A stretch of DNA of 40,374 bases from Candidatus Doudnabacteria bacterium CG10_big_fil_rev_8_21_14_0_10_41_10 (GCA_002773695.1 PFAJ01000070.1:5961-46334), one strand, 5' to 3'. Shown: positions 35,109 through 40,374, counted from the stretch's first letter. The notes: generated by a model not told the origin, from the sequence alone. Program-made: numbers and translations.

Positions 35109-35174
35109 GGCGCGGGGTGAACTTACATTTAGAGCTTAGGCTTCCCTTGTTCTATCCATTGAACTTACGGGGAC
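35109..35174 (-). pseudogene. orphan tRNA-Arg(CCT)-like 5' part ending in TTCACCCCGCGCC
   Basis: The minus strand reads GTCCCCGTAAGTTCAATGGATAGAACAAGGGAAGCCTAAGCTCTAAATGTAAG-TTCACCCCGCGCC. The D arm is identical to the real gene 5 nt downstream. The anticodon loop is changed to AGCCTAA (U33 lost), and there is no T arm or 3' acceptor strand. Confidence 0.65.
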
Positions 35175-35238
35175 TCTTCTTTAATTTTAGCAACCTATTC
35201 TCCTACTAACAAACCCGCCTTTATAGCGGGCTTGTTTC

Positions 35239-35309
35239 TGGACCCACGGGGAATCGAACCCCGACCTCATCCATGCCATGGACGCGTAATGCCACTTTAC
35301 TATGGGCCC
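35239..35309 (-). tRNA. tRNA-Ala (anticodon GGC)
   Basis: The minus strand reads GGGCCCATAGTAAAGTGGCATTACGCGTCCATGGCATGGATGAGGTCGGGGTTCGATTCCCCGTGGGTCCA. G3:U70 identity pair present; anticodon loop ATGGCAT. Confidence 0.9.
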
Positions 35310-35418
35310 TGGTTTGGGCCAACTGCCTGCCCACCGAAGTCATAGACAAAGGTGGGAGCGATAGGCCCATACTATTTTAGATTACCTAAAGCAATATATC
35401 ATAAATTGTATTATTATT

Positions 35419-35460
35419 AAAGGAGAAAGCCGCACCGGACGAAATTGGTCCAATGCGGCT
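35419..35460 (-). terminator. terminator-like hairpin after the 87-aa ORF
   Basis: AGCCGCA...TGCGGCT stem with an inner GGAC/GTCC stem, followed on the minus strand by TTTCTCCTTT. Confidence 0.5.
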
Positions 35461-35471
35461 GGTTGGGGCTC

Positions 35472-35735
35472 CTAGTTACTGGGGTTTTGGTTTCTGTTTT
35501 GGCGGCGGGAAAAGACGATCCCGCTCCATTTTCTAAACCAAGGCAACTGCTTCCTCTCATACGAAGTTAACCCTTCTATGTTACCTTGTGATTCCAACAA
35601 TTCGTTGTGCAATCCAAGCACAAGCCCTTCATCAACAGGTGAAAGTCCATATTTACTTATCTTTTCTTTCAACCTTCTAATTTCCAGTTCTCGTTCTGTG
35701 GTATCCGGCCCGATCCCAGATGGCACCGAAGACAT
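35472..35735 (-). CDS. hypothetical 87-aa protein
   Basis: The ATG at 35735 lies 7 nt after AAGGAGG (35743-35749 on the complement). Sequence MSSVPSGIGPDTTERELEIRRLKEKISKYGL... has no recognised family. It is divergent from the parS-bearing intergenic region. Confidence 0.55.
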   Translation of the reverse strand: MSSVPSGIGPDTTERELEIRRLKEKISKYGLSPVDEGLVLGLHNELLESQGNIEGLTSYERKQLPWFRKWSGIVFSRRQNRNQNPSN

Positions 35736-35883
35736 AATTGACCTCCTTTTTCTAGTTTGGTGTTTGTTTCCCAGACGAACCATGTTGCATGAAAAGTTTA
35801 TCCCTAATCTGATCATTGGTCAATACTAATAACAAGTATAGTTTTATACTAGTAAATAGTAATTTTGTCAAATAGAATACAAT

Positions 35884-35899
35884 TGTTTCACGTGAAACA
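35884..35899. promoter_or_regulatory. perfect canonical ParB-binding parS palindrome
   Basis: TGTTTCACGTGAAACA matches the well-known chromosomal parS consensus at 16 of 16 positions. With flanks it extends to an 18-bp palindrome, TTGTTTCACGTGAAACAA. Confidence 0.75.
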
Positions 35900-35971
35900 A
35901 TACTAAATACAGTATTTTCTGTGAAACATACTTATTTAATAGCATGTTTCTTGTGAAACAATAATTAAATA

Positions 35972-37771
35972 ATGGCTAAATTTACACAAAAATTCATCCT
36001 AATCTTATTTGGAATATTGGTTCTTCTCCTTCCTATACAAACCAGATTAATCCAATTTATCCCTGAATCACACATTGATCAGAGTTTCATATTCTATAAT
36101 GTGCTATTTTTGTATATTTCAGACATTATTTTAGCTCTAACTCTAATAATCTGGGCCTTTTCAGGCTTGTTTCACATGAAACAAGCCTCCCCAACTATGC
36201 TTCAGCGCAAGGAGCAAGAGAGTGTTTCCCACGAAACATATAATAAGGCTCTTAATAATGTCGGCAAGAGGAATGTTTTCCATGAAACTAAGCTGGGTAG
36301 ATTAGGTAATGTTTCGCATGAAACATACCTTTGGTTGTTTTTTCTTGTTTCTTGTTCATCACTCATTGTTTCACGTCAAACAATAGGATCATGGGAGTTG
36401 ACTTTTTTTGGCTTATTTAAGCTATTTTTAGCTGTTTCTTTGTTTAGTTTCATGCGAAACATATTTAAAAAGGGTGTTTTCCATGAAATTTCGACTGTAG
36501 AAGGTCATTCTAAGAAGAGTTTCTGGGGGATGTTTCCCATGAAACAGTTGGCAACTTCTACTTTTTGGCTAATTTTAGCAACTTCTATGTTTCAGGCTGG
36601 ATTATCCATTATTCAGTACTTTACCCAGAAATCTGTAGGAGTGAAACTTTTAGGCGAAGAGGTTATAAGAAACCATATTCCGGGCATAGCCAAATTTATT
36701 GTTTCAGGAGCACCAAGATGGTCGCTTGATCGTCTGTTTGATGTTTCCCATGGAACATCGATTTTAATTCGTCCGTATGGTACATTTTCTCACCCTAATA
36801 TTTTTGGGGCCTTTATGTTTTTCTCTGCTCTAATAAATTTTTACCTCTATGTTTCATATGGAACAAATGTTCAAAACAATGATCAAAAAGAGGGGAGCGT
36901 TTCCCGTGGAAGATGGGTTAAGGGATTGCTTTCGTTTGTTCTTTTCGTTCAGATTTTTGCCGGAGTAATTTCTTTTTCTCGAGTCGCGATAGTGGCGTTT
37001 GGTTTATCGACCCTTTTTTGGTTTGTGTTAATGTGTTTCATGGGAAACAAATCCAAAGCAAATGTCATTTCCGCGTTGCGCCCTTCTGAAGCCTTTGGCG
37101 AAGGAGGGAAAACGGGAATCCATGACCGAGAAGACAGGCAAGTAAGAAAACCTGGATACCCGATCGGATTCGGGGATGACAAAAAAACAAAGATAGCAAT
37201 AAAATCTTTCAGTCTTACATTTTTTAAAAAAGAAGGAAGGGGACTGATTATTACTTTGGTAGCGAGTGGGATTATCCTGTCAGCACTTTTCTACCCTCAC
37301 TTTTTAGAGCGTGGGGGAGTTGTTTCACATGGAACAACTAACGAAAGGTCTATATCTGAAAGGATTTTATATCAAAAAATTTCCGTGGAGATGATAAAAC
37401 AAAACCCACTCACCGGAGTGGGTTACAAGAATTTTGTAATGGTAATGGATGACTATAGCCCACAAAAATTACAGTCGAACCAACATCAACCTGTCCACAA
37501 TATTTATTTATTGATAGCCGCAGAAACCGGTTTACCCGCCTTGATAATATTTTTGATATTTATAATAACTATTCTAAAGCAAGCCTGGTGGAATCGAAAA
37601 GATCCTTTAATCATAACTTTATTATCTATATTTATCGGATTCCTTTTTATCGGACTGTTTGATCATTACTTATTGACTATCCAGCAGGGGAGACTAATGT
37701 TTTTTTTAACCGCGGGATTGTTGGCAGTATCATCCAAAATAGCAGTACCAGCCTACTCTATGAAAAAGTAA
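35972..37771 (+). CDS. enlarged O-antigen ligase/polymerase-like (Wzy_C) membrane protein carrying the parS-like palindromes
   Basis: 599 aa. The C-terminal part has the Wzy_C-like segment FSRVAIVAFGL...HQPVHNIYLLIAAETGLPALI. The N-terminal and central parts contain hydrophilic inserts with recurring VSHET/VFHET/MFPMKQ peptides. Confidence 0.75.
   Translation: MAKFTQKFILILFGILVLLLPIQTRLIQFIPESHIDQSFIFYNVLFLYISDIILALTLIIWAFSGLFHMKQASPTMLQRKEQESVSHETYNKALNNVGKRNVFHETKLGRLGNVSHETYLWLFFLVSCSSLIVSRQTIGSWELTFFGLFKLFLAVSLFSFMRNIFKKGVFHEISTVEGHSKKSFWGMFPMKQLATSTFWLILATSMFQAGLSIIQYFTQKSVGVKLLGEEVIRNHIPGIAKFIVSGAPRWSLDRLFDVSHGTSILIRPYGTFSHPNIFGAFMFFSALINFYLYVSYGTNVQNNDQKEGSVSRGRWVKGLLSFVLFVQIFAGVISFSRVAIVAFGLSTLFWFVLMCFMGNKSKANVISALRPSEAFGEGGKTGIHDREDRQVRKPGYPIGFGDDKKTKIAIKSFSLTFFKKEGRGLIITLVASGIILSALFYPHFLERGGVVSHGTTNERSISERILYQKISVEMIKQNPLTGVGYKNFVMVMDDYSPQKLQSNQHQPVHNIYLLIAAETGLPALIIFLIFIITILKQAWWNRKDPLIITLLSIFIGFLFIGLFDHYLLTIQQGRLMFFLTAGLLAVSSKIAVPAYSMKK
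36168..37336. repeat. array of 13 degenerate parS-like 16-mers inside the CDS
   Basis: Site starts are 36168, 36223, 36274, 36310, 36367, 36446, 36475, 36531, 36742, 36850, 36898, 37034 and 37321. All fit TGTTTC-N4-GAAACA with 1-5 mismatches to TGTTTCACGTGAAACA. Confidence 0.65.
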
Positions 37772-38003
37772 TTTTAACGCTGTTAAACAATAGAAAATAA
37801 AGCTAGTAAGAGACATTAGTTTTCAGGAGGACTACAAATGACAGACCGCACGGTTTTGTTGGGGGGTATTATTCGGATATAAACCGCTTTTGTTATTGTG
37901 TGGATTACAGCAACATTTGTTTTTCTGGTATTTCTGGATTTGAATAATCGGGGGAAATCACAAGCTTTTTTGTTGTTTTATGTGAGATTGCAATAATGCA
38001 ATT

Positions 38004-38273
38004 GTGCTTCCAATTTTGCCTAAAAAGAAACATTTGGCATGGGGAATATTCACCGATGGAGGTTTTAAAAGGGTAGCTTGTGGCATGGTTTTGATGATGG
38101 TGTTTGCAACAACTGCATTGATCCCACAGCAAAAGATTGATATGGCAAACTGGAGGGAATTACCTTTTATAACCAAAACCTTATGGGCGCTGGTGTTATT
38201 GGGTTTTTTTGGAGGCCTTGAGAGTTTACTTCTCCAAATGTTTTGGTTCGAACGGAAGCGCTCGCCAGTATAA
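38004..38273 (+). CDS. possible small membrane protein (may be part of a broken gene)
   Basis: 89-aa GTG-initiated ORF with two hydrophobic segments. The upstream frames (37838 onward) contain a good SD and ATG but are cut by stops. Confidence 0.3.
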   Translation: MLPILPKKKHLAWGIFTDGGFKRVACGMVLMMVFATTALIPQQKIDMANWRELPFITKTLWALVLLGFFGGLESLLLQMFWFERKRSPV

Positions 38274-38426
38274 CCCTCGATCCTTTTATCTGGTTTTTTT
38301 ATCCAAACAAAAAACCCTACCTTCACAGGGGGTATTTGGAAGTAATTTTATTTTTTAACTTAGCTTTGTGTACCCAGAGGAGAATCCTTTATCGCTAAAG
38401 CCTTGGAGGACACAGTCAAATTCTTA

Positions 38427-38610
38427 AACCTGCTCTGCTTCGCAGGTTATGAATTACGAAACTCTCTAAACCGCATGTGTCATTGCGACCCCGGACTAGA
38501 TCCGGGGGCGGCAATCTCGTGGTGTTCCCTTGGGAGTGCTTCTCCGTCCGCCGTGGCGGACGGATCGCAGTGACATGAAATTAGAGTTTCGTAATTTAAG
38601 TTCGCAGGAT
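38427..38610. repeat. GC-rich nested-hairpin element (candidate structured RNA or REP-like unit)
   Basis: Hairpin AACCTGC/GCAGGTT (38427-38448); outer 14-bp stem AATTACGAAACTCT (38452-38465) / AGAGTTTCGTAATT (38583-38596); inner stem GTCATTGCGA (38479-38488) / TCGCAGTGAC (38565-38574). These enclose the hairpins CCCCGGA-CTAGA-TCCGGGG (38489-38507) and TCCGTCCGCC-GT-GGCGGACGGA (38543-38564). Confidence 0.45.
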
Positions 38611-38701
38611 ACTTTGTTGTTTTTAAATTAACAAAAAATCGTTTTTTTACGAAACAGCATTTGCACTTCGTAGCCCCGAGTAATAGCGAGGAGCGAAGAA
38701 G

Positions 38702-38772
38702 TGGACTCACCGGGAATCGAACCCGGGCCTCAGCAATGCGAATGCCGCGTAATACCACTTTACTATGAGCCC
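38702..38772 (-). tRNA. tRNA-Ala (anticodon CGC)
   Basis: The minus strand reads GGGCTCATAGTAAAGTGGTATTACGCGGCATTCGCATTGCTGAGGCCCGGGTTCGATTCCCGGTGAGTCCA. G3:U70 present; anticodon loop TTCGCAT. Confidence 0.9.
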
Positions 38773-38780
38773 ATGAATTT

Positions 38781-38825
38781 GGTGCGGGGTGAAAATGCCG
38801 CGTAATACCACTTTACTACCGGTCC
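38781..38825 (-). pseudogene. orphan tRNA-Ala-like 5' half ending in TTCACCCCGCACC
   Basis: The minus strand reads GGACCGGTAGTAAAGTGGTATTACGCGGCATT-TTCACCCCGCACC. The D arm and the 5' anticodon stem are identical to the real tRNA-Ala(CGC) 8 nt downstream, and the acceptor strand differs. The tRNA similarity breaks off inside the anticodon loop. Confidence 0.65.
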
Positions 38826-38830
38826 TGGGA

Positions 38831-38971
38831 TTAGAACTGTTCGGCCAGTCTGTCTAAAAATCCATTCGCGCGATTGGCAAAGTATAGAGCAATCAGGACC
38901 ACAACGAAAAATAGATTTATAGCAAGCGACCACATAACGTCTTTTTTATTGGTTTTATAATCTTGTTCCAT
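38831..38971 (-). CDS. possible 46-aa single-TM protein
   Basis: MEQDYKTNKKDVMWSLAINLFFVVVLIALYFANRANGFLDRLAEQF. Below the track cutoff, with no homology recognised. Confidence 0.3.
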   Translation of the reverse strand: MEQDYKTNKKDVMWSLAINLFFVVVLIALYFANRANGFLDRLAEQF

Positions 38972-39118
38972 AACTCTTTTAAAATAATCGTTTTCCACCC
39001 AAGGCGGATTTCTTTAATTATTTAATTTTAATGTTAATAATATAATAAGAGAAACGATAATTCTGAATTACTATTGTTGAAGTTGCTTCAAAGTGCTAGT
39101 ATTATAACCTAAAAGATT

Positions 39119-39682
39119 ATGCCTTACAATCTAATAATATTTGAAATTATCGCAATCGTTTTAGGTCTTTTGTCTTTGATTTTGGTGCTGGTTTTTTTGA
39201 GCAAGTTGCGTTCGCTTCAAAAATTTCAAAAAAGTTTTTTATCAGGCGCTCGAGGCACCAATTTGGAAGAAATAATAATGTCACAGCGAGAGGATGTCAA
39301 AAAATCTTTGGAGGATATAAAAAAATTATCACAAGCGAATAAAATTTTAGCCGACCTACATTTGCTTTGTATTCAAAAAGTTGGGATGGTTCGATTCTCG
39401 GCGTTTCCCGGAGAAGGTGGAAATCAAAGTTTTGCAATCGCCCTACTTGATGCCTACGGAACAGGGGTGGTAATTTCATCAATTTATGGACGAGATACTC
39501 AGCGAATATTTGCCAAATCCGTAAAAAAAGGAGAATCAACCAATGCCTTGACGGACGAGGAAAAAAAGGCGATACTACAAAGTCACAGTGTTGAAGAGCA
39601 AATAGAGCTGGCAGGTGAACCGCAAAATGAGAGTTTTGCCAAAAAATACGTTAAAAAAGCAACTCGTAGAATTAAGAAATAA
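39119..39682 (+). CDS. DUF4446-family membrane-anchored protein
   Basis: N-terminal TM segment followed by KVGMVRFSAFPGEGGNQSFAIALLDAYGTGVVISSIYGRDTQRIFAKSV, which matches my memory of the DUF4446 core. Confidence 0.7.
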   Translation: MPYNLIIFEIIAIVLGLLSLILVLVFLSKLRSLQKFQKSFLSGARGTNLEEIIMSQREDVKKSLEDIKKLSQANKILADLHLLCIQKVGMVRFSAFPGEGGNQSFAIALLDAYGTGVVISSIYGRDTQRIFAKSVKKGESTNALTDEEKKAILQSHSVEEQIELAGEPQNESFAKKYVKKATRRIKK

Positions 39683-39693
39683 GAGTAAGAGTT

Positions 39694-40128
39694 ATGGCTA
39701 AAGATAAGGATAAAGATAAAGAAAAAAATAATATTATGGACACTTCCCAAACAGAAGATGCTCAGCCAGCAGAAACCGTGGTTGGTCACTCGGTTAAAAT
39801 CGAAGGAGATTTGGTATCAGAGGGTGACATCAAAGTTGATGGAATCGTGATGGGAAAAGTTAAAACCGCAAAATCTTTATTTATTGGTCCAAGCGCAAAG
39901 ATTGAAGCTGATGTTGAAGCGGGAACGGTTACGGTTGCCGGAGTTGTTCACGGGAATATGAAGGTTAAAGGATTATTGGTTGCTTTGCAGACAGGAAAAA
40001 TCTTGGGAGATATCGATTGCAAGGAGTTGGCGATAGAGGAAGGAGCATTTTTTACAGGACAATGTAAAATGACTGAACGCAATGAGAGTAAAAAAATTTC
40101 CAAACCAACTCTCGACGACGAGGACTAA
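39694..40128 (+). CDS. bactofilin-family cytoskeletal protein
   Basis: Beta-helical repeat core IEGDLVSEGDIKVDGIVMGKVKTAKSLFIGPSAKIEADVEAGTVTVAGVVHGNMKVKGLLVALQTGKILGDIDCKELAIEEGAFFTGQ with disordered termini. Confidence 0.85.
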   Translation: MAKDKDKDKEKNNIMDTSQTEDAQPAETVVGHSVKIEGDLVSEGDIKVDGIVMGKVKTAKSLFIGPSAKIEADVEAGTVTVAGVVHGNMKVKGLLVALQTGKILGDIDCKELAIEEGAFFTGQCKMTERNESKKISKPTLDDED

Positions 40129-40143
40129 TATTACAAAAATTTT

Positions 40144-40204
40144 AAATCTCAAATCTGAAACACCAAGTTATTTGGGATTTGGTTGTTGGGATTTGAGATT
40201 TTTA
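40144..40204 (+). terminator. terminator-like long hairpin after the bactofilin gene
   Basis: AAATCTCAAATC ... GATTTGAGATTT arms followed by a T-rich tail. Confidence 0.5.
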
Positions 40205-40374
40205 TTATTTCTGGCAGAATACCCCCGCGGTAAGCATTAGGGTTGTTCCGCCTGCCCGAAGTTCCACAGGAGCGGAACGGAGGAAATAACCCGATCAAAC
40301 ACGTCTGCGGGCATAAAGACAAAAATGCGAGCAGACATAAAGTATTCCCAATAAGGAATACTCCTAAAGAGCGC
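40205..40374 (+). repeat. structured intergenic element of about 170 nt, copy 2 (reaches the window edge)
   Basis: Aligns along its whole length with 15698-15866. The block GGAACGGAGGAAATAACCCGATCAAACACGTCTGC is identical in both copies. Confidence 0.55.

Noticed and set aside
36168-37336. Regularly recurring 16-bp palindromes with 30-60 nt spacing could be mistaken for a CRISPR array.
   Set aside because: The repeats are degenerate, the spacing is irregular (29 to 287 nt) and no cas genes are present. The whole region is one uninterrupted 599-aa ORF with a recognisable Wzy_C domain. The repeat matches the ParB parS consensus, not a CRISPR repeat.
38247-38262. GGTTCGAAC on the plus strand looked like a tRNA T-loop, a possible missing 3' half for the orphan 5' halves.
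   Set aside because: The flanking bases do not form a T stem or an acceptor strand, and the sequence lies inside ORF 38004-38273.
38360-38700. Checked whether the GC-rich structured stretch (or 15698-15866) is RNase P RNA, tmRNA, SRP RNA or 6S RNA.
   Set aside because: I could not find the universal signatures: GAGGAAAGUCC and ACAGAA..CGGCUUA for RNase P, a tRNA-like TPsiC/acceptor end for tmRNA, or the GGAA-tetraloop domain IV motif for SRP. 6S RNA cannot be judged by eye. An Rfam scan is needed.
38480-38758. 92-aa minus-strand ORF in the track.
   Set aside because: It covers the tRNA-Ala(CGC) gene and the GC-rich hairpin island. The peptide (..CHCDPSATADGEALPREHH..) is the typical mistranslation of palindromic repeats.
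15698-40374. Two direct 170-nt repeats 24.5 kb apart could be attL/attR of an integrated island.
   Set aside because: The copies are only about 80 percent identical. The interior is housekeeping (PBP1A, tyrS, ruvC, yebC, xseAB, tRNAs), there is no integrase or recombinase, and shorter relatives of the repeat occur elsewhere. A dispersed repeat or ncRNA family is the better reading.

Overview
This window is the replication-origin neighbourhood of a low-GC, gene-dense bacterial chromosome that uses the standard genetic code (TGA acts as a stop, for example the ATGA overlap at 7172-7175). The minus strand carries dnaA-dnaN-recF-DUF721. The plus strand carries the divergent rpmH-rnpA-yidD-yidC-jag operon, and DnaA-box-like sequences lie on both sides of dnaA. 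Other genes cover housekeeping and envelope functions: tsaE, a VanW protein, pepA, ruvB, a mannose-1-P guanylyltransferase, a MOP flippase, two O-antigen-ligase-like genes, PBP1A, tyrS, and a tightly packed yebC-ruvC-glgA-kinase-PHP-glgA string. There are also a CaCA antiporter, xseAB, a SpoU methyltransferase, a Nudix hydrolase, DUF4446 and a bactofilin. Five tRNA genes are present, all on the minus strand: Gly-GCC, Pro-CGG, Arg-CCT, Ala-GGC and Ala-CGC. Small proteins, overlapping genes and decaying genes suggest a reduced, possibly CPR/Patescibacteria-like genome, but that is inference only. No CRISPR array, rRNA, transposase, integrase or recognisable defence genes were found. The unusual content is at the DNA/RNA level: (1) A dense array of about 16 ParB-parS-like 16-bp palindromes (TGTTTC-N4-GAAACA, one a perfect TGTTTCACGTGAAACA) lies upstream of and inside an enlarged O-antigen-ligase-like gene, in all three codon phases. 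(2) Orphan tRNA 5' parts sit just upstream of three same-type tRNA genes, each ending in a shared GC-rich 13-mer, and inverted copies of that 13-mer bracket tRNA-Arg. (3) A structured element of about 170 nt is present twice, with shorter hairpin relatives behind other genes. (4) A strongly structured leader of about 350 nt follows a near-consensus promoter. (5) There are GC-rich nested-hairpin islands. Two decaying genes are also present: a histidine phosphatase with an in-frame TAA, and a truncated, frameshifted sodium:solute symporter.
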